A DNA stretch of 64,000 nt from Chlamydiales bacterium (lineage in GTDB: Bacteria > Chlamydiota > Chlamydiia > Chlamydiales > Rhabdochlamydiaceae): contig JACPOL010000003.1 of the NCBI GenBank assembly GCA_016185065.1, positions 113,609-177,608 of the forward strand. The letters run 5' to 3'. Below, one piece after another: positions 44,676-52,640 of the stretch. Made by a program: the position numbers and the translations under genes. Position 1 is the first letter of the stretch. Every line of letters begins with the position of its first letter. The notes beneath the pieces were generated by a model that did not search any database, was not told where the DNA came from, and saw only the letters and a list, made by a program, of their open reading frames with translations.

Positions 44676-45159
44676 TCTTTATCGCGTTTATAAGTTCTTG
44701 ATAGGGAGGAAGTGAGGATGCAAAAGCATAAGTTCCGCTCTTCCGATCTGGATAGCCAAATAGGAGCTCATCTTTTGCTGCCATGGAGATGAAGTAGGCT
44801 CCCACATAGCTATTGTATCCGAGAAGCTGCTCTTTTGCATCGAAGCCAAGCCCCTCTTTTTTACACTCGATGAGAAGCAGGGGATATAAGGCGTGGTCGG
44901 GGTGGATTCCTCTACCGAAACAGAGAATATCAACCCTGCGATCTGGAACTTTTACACCCTGTAGATGAGGAAGTAGACCGATCTCTCTTTCGATTGCAAG
45001 AAGCTCTTTTGGATAACCTAGAAGGCCGACCATTTGATGCAGCAGAGTCTGACGGACGATCTCCTCTTCCGTTGCAGCAACCCAAATTCCACGAAGCTCG
45101 TCGAAGATCTTCTGCTTTGGTTTTCTACTCTGGCTGGATAACGCCATAGTTGCCATCAC
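44662..45159 (-). CDS. HsdR-N-terminal-like PD-(D/E)xK domain protein
   Basis: 165 aa. RRVDILCFGR...LLLIECKKEGL fits the D...(E)xK restriction-endonuclease-like core of HSDR_N_2 proteins. It overlaps the hpf 3' end. Confidence 0.5.
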   Translation of the reverse strand: MMATMALSSQSRKPKQKIFDELRGIWVAATEEEIVRQTLLHQMVGLLGYPKELLAIEREIGLLPHLQGVKVPDRRVDILCFGRGIHPDHALYPLLLIECKKEGLGFDAKEQLLGYNSYVGAYFISMAAKDELLFGYPDRKSGTYAFASSLPPYQELINAIKNGRV

Positions 45160-45751
45160 TGCGGCGATACATCACTTTGAGTTTCTGATCTTCCTCTCCG
45201 CGGAAGACGAGGAAGTGGTCTCCAGAGAGATCCATCTTCATCACAGCCTCTTCCATATTGAGAGTCTTTAGACGCAGCTTCTCGGTGCCGATCACACTTG
45301 GAAGCTTATACTGCTCATTTTTTTTGTTTTCGAACTCGATTTCAGAGTTGATCTCTTCAATCAGGTCGTAGGGACGATTTAGCACGTTGACAAGAACATC
45401 TGTCGCAGTGAGCTTCTTCGCATTGTGATCTTGAATGCGCCCCTTCCATCTGCGGATCTTATGCTGCAAACGGCGGACTGCAGTGTCGATAGAAGCATAG
45501 ATGTCGGTACTATCGGCAGAGACTTTAATTTTAAAATGCTCGAACTTAGCGACGATAGTCACCACGTGTTCAAGGCGCTGGATCTCCATGTAGACGTGGA
45601 TATCCATGATGTGCGTGTGGAGCTTATCGATCTTCTTCAGCTTATCGCTCAGGTAGTTCTTCATGGCCTCGGTAACATGAATGCCCTTGCCATAGACATT
45701 GAGCTTATATCCCGCAGCATCTTCTTCTTTGAACTTGTTCTTGTCGACCAT
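45125..45751 (-). CDS. hpf: Ribosome hibernation promoting factor, long form (sigma-54 modulation protein/S30EA family)
   Basis: 208 aa. YKLNVYGKGIHVTEAMKNYLSDKLKKIDK N-domain plus a C-terminal dimerisation domain (FLVFRGEEDQKLKVMYRRSDGNYGVIQP). Confidence 0.85.
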   Translation of the reverse strand: MVDKNKFKEEDAAGYKLNVYGKGIHVTEAMKNYLSDKLKKIDKLHTHIMDIHVYMEIQRLEHVVTIVAKFEHFKIKVSADSTDIYASIDTAVRRLQHKIRRWKGRIQDHNAKKLTATDVLVNVLNRPYDLIEEINSEIEFENKKNEQYKLPSVIGTEKLRLKTLNMEEAVMKMDLSGDHFLVFRGEEDQKLKVMYRRSDGNYGVIQPE

Positions 45752-45796
45752 GACTAACCTATCCCGATTTTAATTCTATATTTTCGAAGATATCCA

Positions 45797-46855
45797 TTAG
45801 CTCGAAGTTTTGCAAAGGATTTTCTGCCTTTTACCAAGTTGCCCGCAGGCAGCCATGATCCCCCGCCCTTTTGGATGGCGCACCAGAGTCTGATAACCCA
45901 TCTCCCTTATTTTCGCAGCAAAGGCGTCCATCTCCGCCTCGTCCGGCGGCGCAAAAACGCCCCTGCTCTGCGCATTGTAGGCGATGAGATTCACCCGTAC
46001 CCGCAGCCCCTCCAAATAGCGCCCCAGCTCCTCTGCCGCTGCAACCGAATCGTTGATCCCCTTGATCAGCACATACTCAGCAAAGATCTGCCGCCTCGGA
46101 TTCTCGCAGTAGCGCATCAGCACCTCTTTCAGAGCCGCCATATCCCAGCGCTTATTCACCGGCATCAGCCTCGAGCGCACACTATCGTTCGGCGCATTCA
46201 CCGACACCGCAAGATTAACCGCAGGATCGATCTCATTTGTGAAACGCACGAGTCCATCCAGCACCCCGCTCGTCGAGACCGTGATCCTCGATGGCCCAAA
46301 GCCCATCCCACAGGGATCTGTCAGCACCGCAATCGCCTGCTTGACGCAGTCGAAGTTGTCCAGAGGCTCACCCATTCCCATGAAGACGATGTTGCGCACC
46401 GGACGCTTAAACACCCGCATTGCAATAAAAACTTGAGAGACGATCTCCTCCACAGAAAGCGAGCGAAGAAGACCCATCTTTCCCGTTTCGCAGAAGGCGC
46501 ACCCCATCTTGCACCCCACCTGAGAAGAGATGCAGAGCGTGATTCCCGACTGCATCGGAATGAGCACCGACTCGCTCTCCCTTCCATCTCCATAACGCAG
46601 AAGATACTTTACCGTGTCCCCCTCTTCGCGCAGAAGAGAGACCTCCGGCAGAGAGAAGTCGGTAAAAGAGATCATCTCGCGCACCAGCCCCCTCGCCTGC
46701 GACTCTATCCAGGGAGCCTCGTCAGAGACCTCCCCTTTAGTAAACCAGTCGCGGTAGAGCCCGCACGCGTGGTGCTCTCCTTTTCCCAGCAGCGCTAGCA
46801 CAGCCGCGGAAAAACTTCTTTGAGTGTGGCAAAAAATCGGAAGTTTAGAAACCAT
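45797..46855 (-). CDS. rlmN: 23S rRNA/tRNA (adenine-C2)-methyltransferase, radical SAM
   Basis: 352 aa. SSQVGCKMGCAFCETGKMG (CxxxCxxC) and MGMGEPLDN. Confidence 0.9.
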   Translation of the reverse strand: MVSKLPIFCHTQRSFSAAVLALLGKGEHHACGLYRDWFTKGEVSDEAPWIESQARGLVREMISFTDFSLPEVSLLREEGDTVKYLLRYGDGRESESVLIPMQSGITLCISSQVGCKMGCAFCETGKMGLLRSLSVEEIVSQVFIAMRVFKRPVRNIVFMGMGEPLDNFDCVKQAIAVLTDPCGMGFGPSRITVSTSGVLDGLVRFTNEIDPAVNLAVSVNAPNDSVRSRLMPVNKRWDMAALKEVLMRYCENPRRQIFAEYVLIKGINDSVAAAEELGRYLEGLRVRVNLIAYNAQSRGVFAPPDEAEMDAFAAKIREMGYQTLVRHPKGRGIMAACGQLGKRQKILCKTSS

Positions 46856-46879
46856 GAGGCAGATAGATTGAAAAAAGAA

Positions 46880-46953
46880 TGCACCGAACAGGACTTGAAC
46901 CTGTAACCACCCGGTTCGAAGCCGGGTACTCTATCCGATTGAGCTATCGGTGC
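46880..46953 (-). tRNA. tRNA-Arg (anticodon TCG)
   Basis: Minus strand: GCACCGA-TA-GCTCAATCGGATAGAGT-A-CCCGG-CTTCGAA-CCGGG-TGGTT-ACAGG-TTCAAGT-CCTGT-TCGGTGC-A. The cloverleaf folds cleanly. Confidence 0.9.
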
Positions 46954-47006
46954 TTTTAAAGAGCTAGAGTTTTAACATCTTCCCACTTTTTAAGGAACAA
47001 GTACGA

Positions 47007-47609
47007 ATGGAAGAGACCGAAGGCATCGTTTTAAAATGCCTGGAATATAAGGACCGCGAGCGCATCATCACCGTCTTCACAAAGGAGAACGGCCTCGTCA
47101 GCCTCATCGTTAAAGGCGTCTGGGCAGGCAGCCACGATAAGCTCTCCGCCACAACCCCCTTCTGCCAAGCCCAATACATCTTCAAACGCGGCAGATCCGA
47201 CCTCCTCCGCTACCATGAGAGCAGCATCCTCTACGAGCACCTAGAGCTCCGCAGCCACTACTCACACCTCGAAGCCGCAGGCCTCATGGCAAAAACCCTC
47301 CTAGACTCTCAACTCCCCGGCAGACCCTCGCACGCCCTCTATGCCCTCTTCGAGCGCTGCCTTAAACAGATCCCCCACTTCTCCCATCCACAAACCCTCA
47401 CCTCCAGCTTCCTCCTCAAGATGCTCCTCCTCGAAGGCCTCATTAGCCACGAAGAGAGCGACATCCCCCACCTCACCCCCGCCGAACACGAACTCTTCCG
47501 CGAGCTCACCTTCGGCCGCAGCTTCCAGAAGCTCGCCCAGCTCCAGGTCCCCCCCGAACTCGCACAAAAAGTGCAAGCACACTTCTCCTCCCGCATCCAC
47601 CAAAATTAA
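47007..47609 (+). CDS. recO: DNA repair protein RecO
   Basis: 200 aa. The N-terminal OB-fold start EGIVLKCLEYKDRERIITVFTKENGLVSLIVKG is typical of RecO. Confidence 0.7.
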   Translation: MEETEGIVLKCLEYKDRERIITVFTKENGLVSLIVKGVWAGSHDKLSATTPFCQAQYIFKRGRSDLLRYHESSILYEHLELRSHYSHLEAAGLMAKTLLDSQLPGRPSHALYALFERCLKQIPHFSHPQTLTSSFLLKMLLLEGLISHEESDIPHLTPAEHELFRELTFGRSFQKLAQLQVPPELAQKVQAHFSSRIHQN

Positions 47610-47625
47610 ATAGCAGTTTTGAAGT

Positions 47626-47688
47626 TCTCTTTTTTGGAGTGCGTGCGACCTGGCGCCGCTTTTCTCGATATCGACCTGTCGATATCTC
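47626..47688. repeat. Half copy of the GGAGTGCGGCGACC palindromic element
   Basis: tctcttttttggagtgcgtgcgacctggcgccgcttttctc plus the small hairpin gatatcgacctgtcgatatc. It matches one arm plus one inner hairpin of 25311-25437. Confidence 0.75.
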
Positions 47689-47736
47689 TTAAAACTAATT
47701 GTTTGGAAGGGAAGATAGAGAAGAGATTAAGGGATA

Positions 47737-47820
47737 TGCGAAAGGGGGGACTCGAACCCCCAGGAGGTTACCCTCACTACCACCTCAAGGTAGCGCGTCT
47801 GCCAATTCCGCCACTCTCGC
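47737..47820 (-). tRNA. tRNA-Leu (anticodon GAG)
   Basis: Minus strand: GCGAGAG-TG-GCGGAATTGGCAGACGCG-CTACC-TTGAGGT-GGTAG-long variable arm-GGGGG-TTCGAGT-CCCCC-CTTTCGC-A. Confidence 0.9.
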
Positions 47821-47966
47821 AAAGAAATGAGGCCCGATTCTACGAATTTTCCGGATATCTGTTCAAGAAATTTCGAGAAAGAACCCCCACCCGCCACTTT
47901 TCCAAGATTGGGTTTTAATTCTGGATAAGGTATAAGAAGCCTATATTAGCCTTTTTGGATAGACCC

Positions 47967-48761
47967 ATGCGCTGTACCGGGTACTGCACCGCCGCTTCCT
48001 ACGACATGCCCCGCCTCCAACAAGAATTGCAGAAGCGCGTCCCCTCGCAGCTCAATCGCGACGTCATTCACTCACAGGTCCGCGAAGATAAACGCGTAAA
48101 AGGCGACGCCTTCTACTTCGCTTATGGAGTCGTCATCCTCTGGGGCTTCACCGCCGACGAGGAGCAGGAGCTCCTCCGCTTCTTAAAAGATTTTGAAAAA
48201 GAGCCCCATCCAAGACCCGAGATCGATGAGTTCACCTTCGTCTACGGCGAAGCCATGAAGATCGAAGAGGATGAGATCATTTTGCAGAACAAGAGCCCTC
48301 AGACAAAACTCGCCATCTCCTACGGCATCGCCCAGTCCGTCAAGCTCACCATCTTCGAGGAGATGATCCAGAAGACCATCGACCACACCAAACACCTCCC
48401 CTCCTCACTCGCAAAACACGGAAAGATCGCCCTCACCAGAAAAGAGATCTCCCAGAAAATGGGCGAGATCTTCATCGAGCGCAACTTCATCAACCTCCAC
48501 TCCGAAATCCTCGATACCCCCGAATTCTTCTGGAACCACCCCGAGCTAGAACCCTTCTACCGCCGCACCGCCCACTACCTAGACGTCACCAAACGCGTCG
48601 AACTCCTCAACAAACGCCTCAATGTCGTCCACGAACTCTTCGAAGTCCTCACCAGCGAACTCAACCACCAGCACTCCTCCCGCCTCGAGTGGGCCATCAT
48701 CGGCCTCATCATCGTCGAAGTAATCCTCACCATCCTCAAGGACATCTTCCACTTCATCTAA
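47967..48761 (+). CDS. RMD1/DUF155 family protein
   Basis: YFAYGVVILWGF and a C-terminal TM helix (WAIIGLIIVEVILTIL). ATG at 47967; the track TTG start is at 47955. Confidence 0.6.
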   Translation: MRCTGYCTAASYDMPRLQQELQKRVPSQLNRDVIHSQVREDKRVKGDAFYFAYGVVILWGFTADEEQELLRFLKDFEKEPHPRPEIDEFTFVYGEAMKIEEDEIILQNKSPQTKLAISYGIAQSVKLTIFEEMIQKTIDHTKHLPSSLAKHGKIALTRKEISQKMGEIFIERNFINLHSEILDTPEFFWNHPELEPFYRRTAHYLDVTKRVELLNKRLNVVHELFEVLTSELNHQHSSRLEWAIIGLIIVEVILTILKDIFHFI

Positions 48762-48886
48762 TCATTAAAGTTTTTAAACCAAACAAATCAAAAACTTTAA
48801 TGAATATTACAAATTAATTTCATCTTCCTATTAATTTCCGCCGTTTTTACTATCCCGGCTTTCAGAGTCAAACCCTGGAGACAAAA

Positions 48887-49198
48887 ATGGTCACGAAATC
48901 CTCCCCAAGCCCTCTAGAAAAATCCAGCACCACCCAGAGCGTCCCCACCCTCATCCGCAAAGCACTCCTACGCGCCGGCCTCTCCGAAAACGACATCCCC
49001 CACTTCCTCACCTGGGCCTTCAACGGCCCCATCCCCGACACCTTCTGGCAGCTCTGCATCACCTGGAACCAGAAGTTCGGCCACAAGTTCTGGCTCAATC
49101 TCACACAAGCCAACTCCGCCTCCGAACTCTCCAACCTCTTCTTCCAGATGGGCCAGCTCTACACCTCCCTCCATCCCGCCACCACTCCAAGAAATTAG
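48887..49198 (+). CDS. Hypothetical protein
   Basis: 103 aa. GGAG 8 nt upstream of the ATG. It shares the C-rich codon style of its neighbours. No recognisable motif. Confidence 0.4.
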   Translation: MVTKSSPSPLEKSSTTQSVPTLIRKALLRAGLSENDIPHFLTWAFNGPIPDTFWQLCITWNQKFGHKFWLNLTQANSASELSNLFFQMGQLYTSLHPATTPRN

Positions 49199-49323
49199 GG
49201 TTGACCCTGTAATAAATTAACTAGATAACAAACACTTTTTTGATACCGATTTCTTGAACTGTTGCTTTTATTATATTAATTTGCTTTTAATAAGCCTATT
49301 GAGGTTGTAGATTGAGTTATTAA

Positions 49324-49629
49324 TTAACGTTCTCCTTTTTCATTCTGAATTTCTGGAACCTGCTCTCCTGTTTCCTTAATAATTTCTAGCGCATTTGTTG
49401 TTTCTAGAGTTGTAATTTCTTTTAGGAATTTCTCTTCCCAATCATTACTAACTGTTTCGAGAGCATTTAGCAGGAATTCTAAACTACCAACCAAAGAACT
49501 TAGATTAATTTGTTTGTTTTCAAAATAACTCAGATGTTCAAGCATCAACATTAACTGACGTTCATCATATTCGCTTATATCTTTCATGTGACTATCCTCT
49601 TCCAGGAATGATAGTGATAACTTGTCCAT
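49324..49629 (-). CDS. Immunity-like small acidic protein (array member 8)
   Basis: 101 aa, helical and acidic, last gene of the co-oriented small-ORF array downstream of the toxin-like gene. Confidence 0.4.
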   Translation of the reverse strand: MDKLSLSFLEEDSHMKDISEYDERQLMLMLEHLSYFENKQINLSSLVGSLEFLLNALETVSNDWEEKFLKEITTLETTNALEIIKETGEQVPEIQNEKGER

Positions 49630-49745
49630 TTTCTCCTATGATTGCCCCAATTTTATTAACAGAATCATAATATTCTAAACCTCCCTCCATCCCGCCGCCA
49701 CTCTGCCGAAGTAGCGCTTCTCATTTCTAGAAACAGTTGTGGTTT

Positions 49746-49973
49746 TTATTTTTTATATTGTTCCAGATAAAGCTCTGCGATTTGGATGTCGCTTCCATCC
49801 TGAAACTCAACTGTGTAGATCCAATCTCCGATATTGCATTGAAATTCTTCACCGTCTTCTTGAGACGAAATTTGATAAAAACCACACACAGATGCAAATT
49901 CTCCACAGTGGGTGCGATCAGGCGCATTGTTAGTAATAACTATCGGATCTCCCCAAGTGAATTTGTTTGCCAT
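49746..49973 (-). CDS. Single SH3/Tudor-like small domain protein (array member 7)
   Basis: 75 aa. NKFTWGDPIVI...GEFASVCG...GDWIYTVEFQDGSDIQIAELYLE. The same domain is present twice in 50550-50999. Confidence 0.5.
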   Translation of the reverse strand: MANKFTWGDPIVITNNAPDRTHCGEFASVCGFYQISSQEDGEEFQCNIGDWIYTVEFQDGSDIQIAELYLEQYKK

Positions 49974-50056
49974 ATTTCTCTCCTGGTTCTTAGCTGGAAA
50001 CTTTCATCAGCACGTGTGAACAAGAATCCGATTCTTTTTGGCCTCAGAAGAATACA

Positions 50057-50536
50057 TCATGACTTACAATTTTCAATCGCTACGTCATATGTATTCGCTA
50101 TTCTTTCAATTAACACCAAGTCTTCTGCGTATATCGCGAAATAAGATGTGTCGAATGCTCTGATCTCTAACAGGACTCCATCACAATCTATAGGACGAAA
50201 TGACGCATCTTCAGTTTCTAGTTCAACACCTTGAATGTTTCGAGATGAAAAGCTGCTATCGACACACAAAAACACTCCCCACATGAATTGTTGAATTTCG
50301 GCACAGTATTCAACAAATTGCGAGTCCGCCCCGATTGGATTTAATTGGCTGTCGTTAAGGTTATATTTCTTTGCGCCTTTCCCAACAGCGTCAACATCCG
50401 CCCCATACCATGTGTGTTGCGGCAAAAAACCCTTAAGAGAATTAATTATCAAAACCAACTGAGTTCCTAAACAAACAACTTTGTCCCCTAAAAAACACTT
50501 GCTCGTAAGTAAAACTCTGTACTTTGGGGTAAACAT
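50057..50536 (-). CDS. Immunity-like protein (DUF2691-like; array member 6)
   Basis: Met23 start (MFTPKYRVLL...). The WYGADVD...FMWGVFL...LEIRAFDTSYFAIYAEDL pattern is recalled from DUF2691-type proteins in Firmicute immunity clusters. Confidence 0.4.
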   Translation of the reverse strand: MFTPKYRVLLTSKCFLGDKVVCLGTQLVLIINSLKGFLPQHTWYGADVDAVGKGAKKYNLNDSQLNPIGADSQFVEYCAEIQQFMWGVFLCVDSSFSSRNIQGVELETEDASFRPIDCDGVLLEIRAFDTSYFAIYAEDLVLIERIANTYDVAIENCKS

Positions 50537-50549
50537 TAACAATTCCAAT

Positions 50550-50999
50550 TTAGCTCGTATCCTTCTCCAGAAGTTTTTCGGGGATAAGCAAAGAACTGCC
50601 ATCGATAAGTTCCACTGTGTACAACCATCTACTTCCTACGCAATCATAGACAGCGGCCACTTCCTCCGAATCTATGTCTATCATTCCGCAAATAAATCCA
50701 AGCTCTCCAGGATGATATTTTTCCAAGGCATCTTTTGAAATTCTTACAGACTCTCCGTAATGAAACCCATTTGCACCTTCGTATTTCTCTAAATGACATT
50801 CGCGAATTTGAGCATCATCGCCTCCTGTATATTCAATGGTATATACCCATTCGCCCAGGTTAGCTTTATACACATCTGCAAGCACCTTAGAGTCGACCTT
50901 TGTCATGCCGCAAATTGATACAATTTCTCCTGGGCGAAAACTTGTAGGCACCGTATTTTTTACTCTCACTGATTCAGCCCAGTCGAATTTGTTTTCCAT
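50550..50999 (-). CDS. Tandem-duplicated SH3/Tudor-like domain protein (array member 5)
   Basis: The ATG at 50999 gives MENKFDWAESVRV...WVYTIEYTGGDDAQIRECHLEKY plus a second copy, FHYGESVRI...WLYTVELIDGSSLLIPEKLLE. Confidence 0.5.
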   Translation of the reverse strand: MENKFDWAESVRVKNTVPTSFRPGEIVSICGMTKVDSKVLADVYKANLGEWVYTIEYTGGDDAQIRECHLEKYEGANGFHYGESVRISKDALEKYHPGELGFICGMIDIDSEEVAAVYDCVGSRWLYTVELIDGSSLLIPEKLLEKDTS

Positions 51000-51009
51000 A
51001 TTTCTTTCC

Positions 51010-51492
51010 TTAGTCAATCTGACAAAGCGAGTTCCTATAATCGGCAACTGAGGCATTCTGAATTACGATCTCGACATCACAAAACTGAATATCGATATCT
51101 TTCTTCGTAGAGAAAAACATGCGGTGAGAAAAAAGATTGCCCTCTAAAACTTCGATTTCGCTGCTTAGAACTTCCACTTCTTGTTTTTCGAAGATCAAAA
51201 ACAGCAAACCCGGATCTAGATTTGTTACGCCTAAATATTTGATTTCCAAAAAGAAATACCCGACTTCCAAATCACCAAAAATGCCTTTCAAAATCAATTT
51301 TCTTTCATTTTGAATAACGGTTATTTTTTCCAGTCTTCCATCATGAAAATTAACATTTCTAGCTAGAATCTTAAGAGCGAAAGGCAGACTTTCATACACA
51401 GAATCAATGTACTGTTCGTAGGATTTCAATCTCTCTTCGATTTTGTAATCTTCCACCTCGCTTAAGCACCAATCTTTGGTAAAATACTTCAT
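51010..51492 (-). CDS. DUF4085-like immunity-type protein (array member 4)
   Basis: The ATG at 51492 gives MKYFTKDWCLSE..., the characteristic DUF4085 N-terminus. The start overlaps the upstream stop as ATGA. Confidence 0.5.
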   Translation of the reverse strand: MKYFTKDWCLSEVEDYKIEERLKSYEQYIDSVYESLPFALKILARNVNFHDGRLEKITVIQNERKLILKGIFGDLEVGYFFLEIKYLGVTNLDPGLLFLIFEKQEVEVLSSEIEVLEGNLFSHRMFFSTKKDIDIQFCDVEIVIQNASVADYRNSLCQID

Positions 51493-51899
51493 ATGGAACC
51501 CTCTAAATCGGGAATATTCTCCCACCAGATCTTCTCAGCCTCAATCTTAATAACTGAAAATACGTTTTCTTCTGGTTTAGGAGGAAAATTCACCCATTCT
51601 ACAGATAATTCAACGGTGCTTTTTGTAACTTCGAAATCAAAAATTCTTCCGTTATCGTACGCTTTTTTCACTGTGCCCTTAAACGGCTTGTCCCCTATTG
51701 CTACGCTTATGATTCCTTCCAAGCATAGCTTACCTTGAATGCTCTCATCTCTTGAAAGAGCAATATCATCTTCTAAATCTTCCTCAGCCATTTCTGCGCT
51801 AGCCATGAAAAACTCAATTTTGTCTCCTTGATGTTGAACATCCATAATCGAACCATCATGGAAAAAGGCCGCGTATTTAGAAATGTCCATAAAAACCAA
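51489..51899 (-). CDS. Immunity-like protein (array member 3)
   Basis: 136 aa. FHDGSIMDVQHQGDKIEFFM... motif of a type common in polymorphic-toxin immunity genes. I cannot name a family. Confidence 0.4.
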   Translation of the reverse strand: MVFMDISKYAAFFHDGSIMDVQHQGDKIEFFMASAEMAEEDLEDDIALSRDESIQGKLCLEGIISVAIGDKPFKGTVKKAYDNGRIFDFEVTKSTVELSVEWVNFPPKPEENVFSVIKIEAEKIWWENIPDLEGSI

Positions 51900-51920
51900 A
51901 CTCCAACAAAAATTTCTGCC

Positions 51921-52181
51921 CTACCCAACAAAAAACTTATCCACCAAGGATTCAAGGATTTTACCATCCGGTGTTAACTCATACTTTTCATCAAATCCAA
52001 CAATCTGTAACTGCTCCTGGCAAAGGTTCCGAATTTCATCTGCCTGATCCTCAGAAATTTCCAATGAATATTTTTTATCTTGTTTCGTACCAGAAAAAAG
52101 CAGTTTTCTGTATTTATCTTCCAGAAAAGACGCCTTGCAAAGATATTTATATTCACCGCTACTCAGCTCTATCTTTGACAC
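51921..52181 (-). CDS. Immunity-like small protein (array member 2)
   Basis: 86 aa. LEISEDQADEIRNLCQEQLQIVGFDEKYELTPDGKILESLVDKF. Confidence 0.4.
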   Translation of the reverse strand: MSKIELSSGEYKYLCKASFLEDKYRKLLFSGTKQDKKYSLEISEDQADEIRNLCQEQLQIVGFDEKYELTPDGKILESLVDKFFVG

Positions 52182-52274
52182 GGCAAAAGCTCGCTGTTCA
52201 ATTTTTCGAATTTCTTGGTAAAACTGGATTTACAACAGCAACATATTCATAGAATGTTCTACTGATTTGCTAGG

Positions 52275-52640
52275 TTAGCTGTGAATCTTTCGGTAATTGA
52301 ATGCTATCAACACATCTCTGGCCAAACCTTTTATTTTATTCCACTCTTGCGTGCTTAAGAAATTCTCAGGCATGTCGTGTGTCTCAGAAAACTTCCGAAA
52401 TTCATCATGCAGTTTTAGTAACAATGCATGCTGCATTTCTGTGATCCCGAAATTTTTGTAGTCTTCTAAAATAGGTTCTCCGATATCGAAGAAATCACAA
52501 ACAGCATCATCAAAGGCCTGACATTCTGGACCTTCTCTTAAAATCCATACCCTTTTTTGATAATCGCCATCGAGAAAGTGGGATATATGCCTAAGGTATT
52601 CATCTAATATGTATTTCTTTTCGTCATTGCTTAAGTTCAA
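52275..52640 (-). CDS. Cognate-immunity candidate (array member 1)
   Basis: 121 aa. The TTG start overlaps the toxin-like gene's TGA as TTGA, suggesting translational coupling. Acidic and helical. Confidence 0.45.
   Translation of the reverse strand: MNLSNDEKKYILDEYLRHISHFLDGDYQKRVWILREGPECQAFDDAVCDFFDIGEPILEDYKNFGITEMQHALLLKLHDEFRKFSETHDMPENFLSTQEWNKIKGLARDVLIAFNYRKIHS

Noticed and set aside
45752-45796. Sigma-54 promoter (TGGCAC-N5-TTGCW) upstream of the hpf operon. Similar candidates were checked near 18771 and 18926, where TGGCA occurs.
   Set aside because: Read by eye, none has the GG-N10-GC spacing. A sigma-54-dependent promoter cannot be supported without a proper matrix scan.
45839-46798. 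319-aa plus-strand ORF, the longest unexplained ORF in the track.
   Set aside because: It lies entirely antisense to rlmN, whose radical-SAM motifs are unambiguous. Its translation is Arg/His/Pro-rich low complexity, typical of a shadow ORF in GC3-biased DNA.
47301-47613. Several ORFs inside or antisense to recO (47301-47603 minus, 47339-47596 minus, 47341-47613 plus).
   Set aside because: They are by-products of the extreme C/G strand bias of this stretch. Their translations are Glu/Gly-rich or Ser/Pro-rich low complexity, and recO occupies the interval.
49317-49327. An 11-nt direct repeat, ttattaattaa, at both edges of the AT-rich block (49317-49327 and 63657-63667), considered as possible att sites.
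   Set aside because: It is too short and too AT-rich to be significant in AT-rich flanks, and no integrase is present. I keep it only as a note for a computational repeat search.
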